From Promethearchaeota archaeon (GTDB lineage: Archaea; Asgardarchaeota; Lokiarchaeia; Sigyniarchaeales; SOKP01), in NCBI GenBank assembly GCA_019894975.1, contig JAGXNO010000029.1, forward strand, positions 1 through 46,931: DNA of 46,931 nucleotides, read 5' to 3'. This document shows, piece by piece, positions 10,789 through 20,765 of the stretch. A program made the translations under genes and the position numbers. The notes under the pieces were generated by a model that did no database searches, was not told where the DNA came from, and saw only the letters and a program-made list of their open reading frames with translations. Numbering within the stretch: position 1 is the first letter of the stretch; the number at the start of each line of letters is the position of its first letter.

Positions 10789-12657
10789 ATGGAAAAATTA
10801 TACGGATATAATGGTAAAATCGCATATATTGATTTAAGTTCTTCAAAAATAGAAATAAAGGATTTAGATCCAGAAATTGCTAAGGAGTATTTAGGCGGAG
10901 CAGGACTTTCCGCAAAGCTTACATATGATTTACTGACGGAGGATGATTATAAAACATTACAAAAAGATCCTTTTTCAAGCGTAAATCCATTAATATTTTC
11001 TACAGGCCCACTAACTGGAACGGCTACACCTTCTAGCAGTAGATATTGTGTTACAGGAATTTCACCACTCACAGGGATATGGGGGGAGTCAACGTCAGGC
11101 GGATTTCTCCCAATTGCATTAAAGAGAAGCGGATATGACGCGATTGTGATTACAGGTGAAAGTGATGATCCAAAATTCATTCTTATTAAGGAAGGAAATA
11201 TAGAAATAAAGGATGCTACACATCTTTGGGGTAAAAATACTCGGGAAACAATAGAAGATATTAAAGAAGGGCTAGAAGATGAAAAACTTAGAATAGCTTG
11301 CATAGGAAAGGCAGGTGAAAATTTAGTAAACTATGCTGCAATAATTAATGATGAGGGAAGAGCTGCTGGAAGATGCGGATTAGGAGCTATAATGGGTAAA
11401 AAGAAACTTAAAGCAATAGCCATAAAAGGAGGTCAATCAATCCAATATTTTGATAAGGAACAACTAAGTAATCTAGGAAAAACTACTCGAGAAAATGTAA
11501 TGATCCCATTTGCTACAAATTTATTTTCTCATTATGGAACTCTAATTTATACGGACATGGGTATGGTTATAGGTGATGTTCCAGCGAACTACTTTACAAA
11601 AACAGAGTTTATAGCGGAAGATTTAACAGGAAGGGCATTAAAGGAACAATATGTTGTTTTAAAATATGCATGTGCCGGATGTCCTATTGGTTGTGGGAGA
11701 AGAACTCTCATAGAAATAGATGGAAATGAGGTTGAAGTCGATGGGCCGGAGTATGAGACAACTGCCGCTTTTGGACCAATGTGTGGAATCCTTAATTTTA
11801 AGCCAATAATCAAAGCAAACCATAAATGCAATCTTGAAGGTGTAGATACAATTTCTAGTGGAGTTTCAATATCTTTTTTAATTTATTTAGTCGAAAATGG
11901 TATTGCTATAAAAGAAATTGAGAAGTACCTAGATGAAATTAGGCTTGAAGAAATTCGATGGGGAAATGACAATGTTGTTCTGAAATTGTTAGATCTAATT
12001 ATTGAAAGAAAGGGAATAGGAAATATATTATCTGAGGGTGTACGAATGATGGCTAAAAAACTGGATGTCGATCCCGATTTAGCCGCCCATGTAAAAGGTT
12101 TGGAATTACCAATGCATGATCCACGCGCCTACTTAGGACAGGCTCTTTCTTACATGACAAGTTGTACTGGAGCTAACCATAATAAGGGGGATTTTTACAA
12201 TATTGATGGTGATGCAGCATCGTACGCAAAAATTAGAAAAAAGGACAGATTTACAGTTAATAAAAGAGAGAAGGCTATAATAGCATATCAAGATTTAACT
12301 AACATTTATGATTCAGCAGTAATTTGTAATTTTACACATATTAATGATGGTGCCTTAGCAAGATTATTAAAATCATGTACGGGAATTCAGGCATTCGGGA
12401 GTAGCGGAACATTGTTTAAAATAGGAGAACGTGCTTCAAACCTTAAACGGTTAATATCCTGTAAACTAGGTTGCAATAGAGCAAATGACTACTTACCAAA
12501 AATTGTTTCAACAGCTCTAAAAACAGGTGGCTCCGCGGGAATAGCAGTTGATTTAGAAGAAAATTTAAAAGTTTATTATGAGAAACGAGGTTGGGAGTGG
12601 GATACGGGTTTTCCTTCCCCAGAAAAATTAAAAGAGCTAAATATCATAAAATCTTAA
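10789..12657 (+). CDS. aor: Tungsten-dependent aldehyde:ferredoxin oxidoreductase family protein
   Basis: SPLTG, AGRCGLGAIMG, CAGCPIGC, GPEYET, HVKGLELPMHDPR; AGGAGG SD. Confidence 0.92.
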   Translation: MEKLYGYNGKIAYIDLSSSKIEIKDLDPEIAKEYLGGAGLSAKLTYDLLTEDDYKTLQKDPFSSVNPLIFSTGPLTGTATPSSSRYCVTGISPLTGIWGESTSGGFLPIALKRSGYDAIVITGESDDPKFILIKEGNIEIKDATHLWGKNTRETIEDIKEGLEDEKLRIACIGKAGENLVNYAAIINDEGRAAGRCGLGAIMGKKKLKAIAIKGGQSIQYFDKEQLSNLGKTTRENVMIPFATNLFSHYGTLIYTDMGMVIGDVPANYFTKTEFIAEDLTGRALKEQYVVLKYACAGCPIGCGRRTLIEIDGNEVEVDGPEYETTAAFGPMCGILNFKPIIKANHKCNLEGVDTISSGVSISFLIYLVENGIAIKEIEKYLDEIRLEEIRWGNDNVVLKLLDLIIERKGIGNILSEGVRMMAKKLDVDPDLAAHVKGLELPMHDPRAYLGQALSYMTSCTGANHNKGDFYNIDGDAASYAKIRKKDRFTVNKREKAIIAYQDLTNIYDSAVICNFTHINDGALARLLKSCTGIQAFGSSGTLFKIGERASNLKRLISCKLGCNRANDYLPKIVSTALKTGGSAGIAVDLEENLKVYYEKRGWEWDTGFPSPEKLKELNIIKS

Positions 12658-12799
12658 AAAACTATATTCTTAAAATTTTTTTCTTTACTTATTTTACTCT
12701 AATCTCTAAATAACAAGTGTTTTAGTTTAAAGTTAAATATGAATAAAATTTCTAATTTAGTAATAAAAATTATAACCGATTGAAGTATTCGATCATAAA

Positions 12800-13246
12800 T
12801 TGAAAGAACTATACGAAATAGGCTTTGTGTTTAGGGGATTTGTAATGGTTAATCATATTTTTAAAGATATGCCCCAACAAAAAGACCATGGAGTAACTAA
12901 AGACCTTAGAGGAGCATTTATATCAGCTATTAACACTTTTTCTGAAACGGCGTTCCAGAATAGTTCGTTAGAGTATTTAGAGTCTGGAAATATTTTGTTT
13001 ATTTTTAAATTAGCAGACATTCAATCCGGGGATAATAATGTAAAAGAACCAGTAATTTTATATGGATTAGTAGATAAGTCAAAAAAGAAATCGGATAAAC
13101 TTGTCAACAAATTTTTCGATAGAGTGAATCCAGTTTTACAATTATTTGTTCAAAAATTCAATGGGGCTAACTTTTCAGAATTAAACCAATTTGAAGATTT
13201 TGAAGAAAAGGTAGTAGAGTTCCTAACGAAAAAAACCCAAGAATGA
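12800..13246 (+). CDS. Longin-like (profilin-fold) small protein
   Basis: Pattern of two N-terminal strands, helix GAFISAINTFSETAF, strands LEYLESGNILFIFK and VILYGLVD, and C-terminal helices ending F.....F.....E, as in longin/AP-sigma-type domains. Confidence 0.6.
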   Translation: MKELYEIGFVFRGFVMVNHIFKDMPQQKDHGVTKDLRGAFISAINTFSETAFQNSSLEYLESGNILFIFKLADIQSGDNNVKEPVILYGLVDKSKKKSDKLVNKFFDRVNPVLQLFVQKFNGANFSELNQFEDFEEKVVEFLTKKTQE

Positions 13247-14896
13247 TTAATCCGCAAGGCTCCAACCTTTAGGTTTTGCTCGAGAATATTTTATCCTTCC
13301 TTGTTCCTTTAATATATTAATTTCTTTTTCTATTTGATCAATGGAGAAACCTTTTTCCTTTAATGGATTCACGAATTCTGCCTTTGTGGGGATTAAATGC
13401 TTATTCTTAAGATGTTCAAGTAGAATATCCTCCAACGTGCCTTCAGTTTTTATTTTTTCTACGGGAGCCTTTTCTTTTGGGACGCTAGATAGAATCGCAC
13501 TTAATTTTTCTTTATCTGTTTTAATAGGTTCTTCTATAACCATATGTTTTACACTGCTCTTTTGTTCCTCAACCACGGTTTCAGCTTCAATTTTTTCCTC
13601 TTTTTCTTCTTCAGGCAAACTCCATACAGGATACACTACTTTTTCATAAATAACTGATTTTTGGGTATTTAATACGGATAATTCTTCTAAGATTTCATCC
13701 TCAGTATAATTTAAATCTTTCAATTCCGCAGTTAGATCTTTTAAATATCCTTTATTTAGTAAAATCTCGAATAGATGCTCTCTAATATTAGTTGGGACTT
13801 TTTGAGCCTTTGCAATCTCATTAATCACAGTCTCTTTTTCAGTAGACTCTAATATCTGCAATTTATCTTGTTGAGGAATATCAAGAGAAGGTTTATCGCC
13901 CCACTCAAAATCGGTGAGAATTCTGATTGCACGATCATATCCTCCAAAAATAATATTTTTCTTTTCTTGATCTACTCTATAACATATATCCTTAATTGAA
14001 CTAGATACTTTTGTCTTCCATTTTAATTCAAAATCTGTTGATCCAATAGATGGATTATGAAATACTTTCAAAGATCCATCTGCGCATCCAGCAACGATCT
14101 CATTGGCGTTATCACCGTCAATATCTTCAATAAGTAGCGATAATGGACGACCCTCATCAATTTGAATATCTTTAATGGGTTCTCCATTGCAATCAAGTAT
14201 TTTTATAACAGAACTATCAGTACTTATTAAAATTTCATTGAAACCATCATTTGTAACATCACCTACTTTAATATCATTAATTTGCGAGCTAAAATCTTTC
14301 TGCCAAGTAATGTCAGGAAGTCCATCTTTAAACCTAATTAATTGAACAATTCCACTTTTAGTTCCAACTATTAATCCATAAATTGGAACCTTATCATCAG
14401 GTAATTTTAACACGCCTAATGTGCAAGCGGTTACCCAAGAGTCGTAATAAAAAATGAATTTTGGTTCCTCAGAGTTAATACCATCAAAAATTTTGATAGT
14501 CTTATCTTCACTACCAAATATTAATTCTATATTCCCATTTCGAGTAATATCTCCAGCGATGCAACAGATTACACGCTTAGGAGATCTATAGCGCATTATT
14601 CCAACTAATTTTTTCTTTTCTAAACTCAATTTTAAAACCATGAAGCTTCCGTCTCCCGCACCCACTAAAACTTCATCACACCCGTCCCCATCTAGATCAA
14701 TGGGATAACTACATCGACACCATCCATCAAAAACTCTATCATCAATTATATTCATACTTTCATCCATTAAATAGAGTGTTTTATCGTGTCCACCAAAAAT
14801 TAAGAAGCTTTTATCGTGGCATCTTAAAATTGAGCACGTTAAAACTGCATCCGGACATTCAAACATATGAATAAGTTGAAAACGCTTTCGAATCAT
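13247..14896 (-). CDS. FG-GAP/BBS2-like 7-bladed beta-propeller with two C-terminal winged-helix-like repeats
   Basis: Repeats DLDGDGCDEVLVG, GDITRNGNIELIFGSEDKTIKIF, GDVTNDGFNEIL, DIDGDNANEIVAG; two C-terminal repeats ending VIY...WSL and RIKY...WSL; no signal peptide. Confidence 0.75.
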   Translation of the reverse strand: MIRKRFQLIHMFECPDAVLTCSILRCHDKSFLIFGGHDKTLYLMDESMNIIDDRVFDGWCRCSYPIDLDGDGCDEVLVGAGDGSFMVLKLSLEKKKLVGIMRYRSPKRVICCIAGDITRNGNIELIFGSEDKTIKIFDGINSEEPKFIFYYDSWVTACTLGVLKLPDDKVPIYGLIVGTKSGIVQLIRFKDGLPDITWQKDFSSQINDIKVGDVTNDGFNEILISTDSSVIKILDCNGEPIKDIQIDEGRPLSLLIEDIDGDNANEIVAGCADGSLKVFHNPSIGSTDFELKWKTKVSSSIKDICYRVDQEKKNIIFGGYDRAIRILTDFEWGDKPSLDIPQQDKLQILESTEKETVINEIAKAQKVPTNIREHLFEILLNKGYLKDLTAELKDLNYTEDEILEELSVLNTQKSVIYEKVVYPVWSLPEEEKEEKIEAETVVEEQKSSVKHMVIEEPIKTDKEKLSAILSSVPKEKAPVEKIKTEGTLEDILLEHLKNKHLIPTKAEFVNPLKEKGFSIDQIEKEINILKEQGRIKYSRAKPKGWSLAD

Positions 14897-15044
14897 GATC
14901 TTACAAGAATCCTTTCGATTATAGAAATTTTGATAATATCTAAAATAAATTTTTCTGTTTATTCATTTAATAATTATCTCAAGAATTATAAAACAATTAG
15001 TTAAAAATAGATAAAGGAAAAAAATAAAAAAGAAAATTTATGAT

Positions 15045-17189
15045 TTATAATGCTAATTGTGCATCCGATGGGCTATATTCGCCAGTGCCTGTTATCTCAT
15101 AGGAGATTTCTAATTTATCACCGATTTCTAACTCATCAATTGCCCACTTTAGCGTATCTTGACCTACCTCATCTGTTATTTTAGGTGTCATTGAATAGGT
15201 ACCATATTCAAATGAATCTGGAACTTTATCAAGAAGTACAAGATTATATAATTTTGATTCACCAATATTTTCAAGAGTTAAGATAATTCTGTAATTACCA
15301 AGATCTCCAATTGGAACAACTTCTTTACTTGTACGGAATTTCCTTCTGATGTGAAGAGCTTCTATGGTTGGTACTTCAGGTTTAAACTCTAATTCTTGAC
15401 TTACTGGGTATGTATTTGCATGATAAATGATTTTTGATTCAAATGTTGAATCTCGAACAGGATTCATACAATGAATAGGATACTGGAATTCTAAGGATGA
15501 ATCAGGTTTAAACATCCCTGTACTAGTATCTTTAAGGGCTCTCAATGTAATTGTAAAAACGTCCATTTCAAAGCTGACGGCACCAGAAGAAAGTTCTACT
15601 TCATCTCCATCCCAAATTAGTTTAATTTCATCTGCTTTAGGTGGTTGGTATTCATCTGTGAACGATTGATGAATGACAATAATTTCATTCAGTGGAGCTG
15701 AACCGTTATTTGCCATTTTAAGAGTGGCAACAACGTCCTGAGATTTGTAAGTTGGGGTTTCAACTTTATCATAAGCCATATCTCCTGTTATGCTAGCTAT
15801 TTCTAATATAACATCTGAGATAGAAACTGCGACTGTAACTTGATATTGGTAATCAGGAACAACTCTAAATTCAAGTTTCTTCCTAAATGTTGGATAATCT
15901 TCACTTTCATATTGCCATTTAACTGAGTGCCATTGGGCGCCTGAAGGCAACATAGGAACATCATTAGGATCTATATCAATGAATTTCACGCTCTCATCAT
16001 CCGGACTGTACACGTCCGCATTGAATAGCTGAATAATAAATTCAGATGAATTATCAAATATTAATTTATTATCCCAAATATTAGGCTCCTCATCTCTTTC
16101 AAGAGTATCAATGAAAAACTTGTTTCGCGTGTAAGCGTCAAATTTATCTATAGCTAATCCTTCAGCAAATGAAGATGCTGCTTTATAAGTAACATCAATA
16201 CTTCCGGTTCTTCTCCTAGCGATATCATTTACGGTAATATTACAGGTTAGTTTAAGTACAACTGTATAATCTGGTCTTAATTTATCGATCTTCCAAATAA
16301 CCTTATCTCCCTTAATTTCAGCTCTTCCTTCAGTTGTATCTCGCACTACAGGATTAATAAAATCATCTGGAATAGTTTTAATTACTTCAATATCAGATAC
16401 TGGTTTGTTAAACATATTCCTTAACGCAATTGCAAAGGTTATTGTATTTTCTCTGTCAATTGAAATTCCAAATGTTTCTAAACTTGATACAACAGCAGTC
16501 CCGCCGTCTTCCCAGGTTTCTCCGTCCTCCTCTTTTTCTTCTTCCTCTTCCTCATCTTCTGCAGTTGGAGGTATTGTGGTGGCTACCTTTTTACTTGGTT
16601 TACTTGATTTATCTTTTAGTTTTAACAATTCTCTTTCAATATTATCTATATTTAGAACTTCATCAGCTTCGGGAAGAGTACTGATAAATTCTTTAACCAA
16701 GAATAGATTTTGTACATCTTTTTTTAATTCAAATTCTTGTGTATTAACGTTGTCTGGATACTCGGTGCCCAATTCTCTTATCGAAATATCTTTAGATTTC
16801 AAATTAGTACTACCTATATTTTCGAGGGAAACATCAATATCCCAAAGTCTATCTATCTTACTTGGGTTTTCGATACTAATTTTTCCTCCAAAGCTAAAGG
16901 ATCCAACGTTAGCATCATGATCTTGTGTTACTTCAACATCCTCAATTACTTTGACTAATGCCAACAAACCTTCTCGATTTCCACCTTTTAATAAAATACT
17001 GCCTTCAAGCTCTCCTGTGTCTTCATCGTATGTCTCAATAACCGGTGTTGCAGAATCTCGATCCACTAATTTTACTTTTCCATCATTCTTATCAGATCTT
17101 TTTAAGGCATCTGCTACTAATTCTTCTTTCGCTTCAGATTTATCAAATCCCATTCTCCGTTGTGGTTTTTTCTTATCTTTTTTTGCCAT
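15045..17189 (-). CDS. Cytoplasmic all-beta protein with a mu-homology-domain-like region and further Ig-like (DUF11-like) domains
   Basis: Segments VKVIEDVEVTQDHDANVGSFSFGGKISI, SDIEVIKTIPDDFINPVVRDTTEGRA..VIWKIDKL and SIDVTYKAASSFAEGLAI resemble MHD strands; acidic insertion; no signal peptide or TM. Confidence 0.6.
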   Translation of the reverse strand: MAKKDKKKPQRRMGFDKSEAKEELVADALKRSDKNDGKVKLVDRDSATPVIETYDEDTGELEGSILLKGGNREGLLALVKVIEDVEVTQDHDANVGSFSFGGKISIENPSKIDRLWDIDVSLENIGSTNLKSKDISIRELGTEYPDNVNTQEFELKKDVQNLFLVKEFISTLPEADEVLNIDNIERELLKLKDKSSKPSKKVATTIPPTAEDEEEEEEKEEDGETWEDGGTAVVSSLETFGISIDRENTITFAIALRNMFNKPVSDIEVIKTIPDDFINPVVRDTTEGRAEIKGDKVIWKIDKLRPDYTVVLKLTCNITVNDIARRRTGSIDVTYKAASSFAEGLAIDKFDAYTRNKFFIDTLERDEEPNIWDNKLIFDNSSEFIIQLFNADVYSPDDESVKFIDIDPNDVPMLPSGAQWHSVKWQYESEDYPTFRKKLEFRVVPDYQYQVTVAVSISDVILEIASITGDMAYDKVETPTYKSQDVVATLKMANNGSAPLNEIIVIHQSFTDEYQPPKADEIKLIWDGDEVELSSGAVSFEMDVFTITLRALKDTSTGMFKPDSSLEFQYPIHCMNPVRDSTFESKIIYHANTYPVSQELEFKPEVPTIEALHIRRKFRTSKEVVPIGDLGNYRIILTLENIGESKLYNLVLLDKVPDSFEYGTYSMTPKITDEVGQDTLKWAIDELEIGDKLEISYEITGTGEYSPSDAQLAL

Positions 17190-17441
17190 GATTCCTTGCC
17201 AATTTTTTGTTTGTTTTTTTTTTATTGGATTGAATTTTATTTAAGAGTTAATAAAAGTTAACCCGATAAAATAAAATCTACTACACTCTTTAAAAAATTT
17301 TTCATACATGAGAAATAGAACGTGAGTAAAAAGATAGGAAGTGTTCTTTTTATAGAAATGTGGAATATTTTTTTCCATTAAAATTTGAATTCTTAGTATT
17401 AAATTCAGATTCTGTAAATTTATGATCACATATTGGTAAAG

Positions 17442-18863
17442 CTATAATTCTTTAGATTGCAGTAAAATTAAGAGCAAATCGTTTACATTGCAACCTGTTG
17501 GACCAGTTACTATTTCACTTTCAACTATTTTAAAAAACTTATTTGAGTCATTATTTTCCAAAAGCTTTTCGGTATCTATACTTCTTGAAATCATCTGTTT
17601 CAACGTATAATTATCCGCTAAAGCGCCCATGGCTTTACTGTTTCCTTCGATGCCGTCAAGATTCGCACTGAGGATTGAGAAATTATACTGAAATTTCTTA
17701 CTTTTTATGTTATTTAAGAAACTTAGGAGCATCTCTTGGTTTCTTCCCCCAATACCATTCCCTCTAATTGTCACAGTTAATTCACCAGTTCCGATTAAGG
17801 CAATTTTAATATCTTTATTTAGGGTTTCTAAGTATGGTGAGATTATTGCTGAAAGTGATTTTCCATATTCTTTAGCTTCACCATTCATGTTTTTAGAAAA
17901 ATATTTTACTATAAATGCTTGATTCTCTAAGAAAGATTTAAGCTCACAAACAGCAGACTTCACACTTCCAATTAAATAATTATGAACATTACTGAAACAC
18001 TCATCATTGATTTTTGGGGTTTCTTTATAATCATCTAGCAACTGCTCTTCCAAATGGTGAATAACAGACATTGGAATTTTTTCATAAATGTTATATTCCG
18101 TTAAAATATCAATGGCATCAGTGAAAGTACTATTATCGGGTATAGTCGGTCCAGATGCTATTGAATCTAGTTTATCTCCTACAACATCAGAAATAATTAT
18201 TGAAATTAAGGTTGCTCTGCTTGTAGTATATACTTTTTTAGCCAGATTACCTCCTTTAAAATCTGATAAATGTTTTCGAATAATATTGATTTTATCTATT
18301 GAGGCACCAGAAGCCAGAAGTAGAGTATTTACTTTTTGTAAATCTTCTAGACTTATCCCTCTTTTTGGTAAAGGTAATAAGGCTGACCCACCCCCAGATA
18401 TTAAACAAAAAACCAGATCATTCTTTTGTGATTTCTCAATTATTCGCATCATCTGTTTTGTGCCATTCAATCCATTTTCATCAGGAATGGGATGGGAAGC
18501 ATAATTAATTTTGATCTTATTTCCTCCTAACATTTTAGAATTTACTGAACCTTTAGGCACATTTATAATCCCTTCATAATCTAGCTTTTCTACCTTAGAT
18601 AATATGCTTTCGAGTGAGAATAGCATTTCAGCAGCTGCTTTCCCGCCACCGATAATATAAATCTTCTGGTAGTTTGAAAGTTTATACTCATCGTTCTGAA
18701 TCAGTAAACTATTATTTCTAACCTTAATTGAATTTTCTACCAAAATTTTTGGTTTCACTGCACCAATTGCTATTTCAAGGCCTTGTATTGCAACCTTTCT
18801 TAAAATTAATTGATTCTCGTTCAAATCATTTCTAAATAGTTCAGCAGCATTTTTGATTCGCAA
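17442..18863 (-). CDS. Glycerate 2-kinase (MOFRL family)
   Basis: GGGKAA, ASHPIPD, LISGGGSAL, SDVVGD..IASGPT, GGRNQE, TGPTGCNVNDL. Confidence 0.92.
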   Translation of the reverse strand: MRIKNAAELFRNDLNENQLILRKVAIQGLEIAIGAVKPKILVENSIKVRNNSLLIQNDEYKLSNYQKIYIIGGGKAAAEMLFSLESILSKVEKLDYEGIINVPKGSVNSKMLGGNKIKINYASHPIPDENGLNGTKQMMRIIEKSQKNDLVFCLISGGGSALLPLPKRGISLEDLQKVNTLLLASGASIDKINIIRKHLSDFKGGNLAKKVYTTSRATLISIIISDVVGDKLDSIASGPTIPDNSTFTDAIDILTEYNIYEKIPMSVIHHLEEQLLDDYKETPKINDECFSNVHNYLIGSVKSAVCELKSFLENQAFIVKYFSKNMNGEAKEYGKSLSAIISPYLETLNKDIKIALIGTGELTVTIRGNGIGGRNQEMLLSFLNNIKSKKFQYNFSILSANLDGIEGNSKAMGALADNYTLKQMISRSIDTEKLLENNDSNKFFKIVESEIVTGPTGCNVNDLLLILLQSKEL

Positions 18864-19085
18864 AATTAATACCCCAGTGTTCTCCTAATTCAAGATTTCA
18901 AAGGTTAATAATATTTATAATTTTTTTATATTAACTGTTTTGGTTGCCAACCTGATACATCCTTTCTTAATTATGCTTATTTTTATTTATAATTATTTGT
19001 GACTAAATTTATTACGTATTGTATTATTAACCTTTTTAACATGAAATTATATTAAAACTAATCACTTAGCTGTTTGGAAAGAAAA

Positions 19086-20570
19086 ATGTCTGAAATTTTT
19101 TATGATTTAGCTATTATCGGGGCAGGACCAGGAGGATATCATGCAGCAATAAGAGCAGCTCAATATGGCGCAAAAGTTGCTTTAATTGAAAAAGACAAAC
19201 TTGGTGGAACTTGCTTAAATCGAGGTTGTATCCCGACTAAAGCCCTATATGCGTCGGTCCAATCGATTGATAAACTAAAGGATTTTGAAGATCTAGGTAT
19301 CGAAATTAAAGAATACACCCTTAATTTTAAAAAAGCAGTGGAAAGAAAAAACCGAGTTGTTGAAGAATTGGTCGGAGGTATAGCTGCATTAGAAAAGGCG
19401 TGGAAAAATGATCTTTACTATGGTCACGGACAAATTATTGGGGGAGATATTTCTTCTGGATATGATATTTTGATTAGAGGACAAGAAAAAAAGAAGATTA
19501 GAGCAAAACGAGTATTACTTGCTACGGGGTCTTCTCCTGCTTTAATACCTTCCTTTAATATAGATCATGAAAAGATATTAACAAGTGATGATATCTTAGA
19601 TCCTAACTTTATAACCGTACCAGATAGGCTATTGATTATTGGAGCTGGAGTAATAGGGTGTGAGTTTGCTAATATTTTTGCCTCGTTTGGTAGTAAGGTA
19701 ACAATGTTAGAATACCTTGGTTCACCTATTGCCACCGAAGAACCGATGATTGTAAAAGAATTAGTAAAAAAATTTAATAAATCAAATATTGAAATCAAAA
19801 CATCTCAAAATGTTTTATCTGTGGAAAACACCGGTTCAAGTGTGAAAGTTATTACATGTTCTGCCTCAGTTCCAAGGGATCAAATTGAGAATGCAGAAAA
19901 GCTCATTTTTGAAGCGGATATATGCTTAGTTTCAATAGGAAGAATGAAAGAGTCGAAGGATTTAGGATTGGAAGAACTAGGGATTAAAACAGACAGAGGA
20001 GCGATCAAATGTAATGTTAATACCTTAGAAACTTCAGTTAAAGGGATTTACGCCATTGGAGATGTTACTGGTGGCTTAATGCTAGCTCATGTTGCATATC
20101 ATGAGGCAGATGTGGCTGTTGCTAACGCGTTAGCGAGTATTGGAGGCTTTCCTGTAAAGGAGACCAAAACAGATTACAATACTGTACCTGCTACTATTTT
20201 TACTTCTCCCAATATTGGATCAGTTGGAGTGAGGAGGAAAGCAGCAAAAGATCGCGGGCTTAATATATTGATGGGTCAATTTCCATATAGTTCTCTAGGC
20301 AAAGCAAAATGCATGGGAGAAGAAGAAGGTTTTATAGTAACACTTGCAGAAAAGGATACATATAAGATTATAGGGGCATCCTGTATAGGAGTTGAAGCTT
20401 CAGAATTAATTGCAGAACTCGCCCTCGCCATTAAACATGGTTTAACTATTCATGATGTTGCAGAAACAATCCATAGCCATCCTACCATCTCTGAGATGGT
20501 GCTTGAAAGTAGTGAAGCCGCAATTGGAAAGGCTATTCATAAAAAAGGAAGACCTATTTATAAACCTTGA
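19086..20570 (+). CDS. lpdA: Dihydrolipoamide dehydrogenase
   Basis: GAGPGGY, GGTCLNRGCIPTK, GAGVIGCE, MLAH, HSHPTISE. ATG 19086 preferred over TTG 19074. Confidence 0.93.
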   Translation: MSEIFYDLAIIGAGPGGYHAAIRAAQYGAKVALIEKDKLGGTCLNRGCIPTKALYASVQSIDKLKDFEDLGIEIKEYTLNFKKAVERKNRVVEELVGGIAALEKAWKNDLYYGHGQIIGGDISSGYDILIRGQEKKKIRAKRVLLATGSSPALIPSFNIDHEKILTSDDILDPNFITVPDRLLIIGAGVIGCEFANIFASFGSKVTMLEYLGSPIATEEPMIVKELVKKFNKSNIEIKTSQNVLSVENTGSSVKVITCSASVPRDQIENAEKLIFEADICLVSIGRMKESKDLGLEELGIKTDRGAIKCNVNTLETSVKGIYAIGDVTGGLMLAHVAYHEADVAVANALASIGGFPVKETKTDYNTVPATIFTSPNIGSVGVRRKAAKDRGLNILMGQFPYSSLGKAKCMGEEEGFIVTLAEKDTYKIIGASCIGVEASELIAELALAIKHGLTIHDVAETIHSHPTISEMVLESSEAAIGKAIHKKGRPIYKP

Positions 20571-20765
20571 TTTGATAGTTGGTATTTTGATAGTTTTACC
20601 ATTTCTATGAGGAGAGATTAATCATCAATTTCGTTTACCTTTGTTCGAGATAACAATATGCACTTCTTGCTTTTAAAGAAGTTTTTAAATATCTTATTTT
20701 ATCTAATATTTGATTTCACATTAATCATTTTTTTCAATAATTATTAGGTAAGAGAAAAGCTAAGT

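Noticed and set aside
17241-17429. 62-aa intergenic ORF
   Set aside because: No motif or SD, and AT-rich promoter-like sequence; probably non-coding
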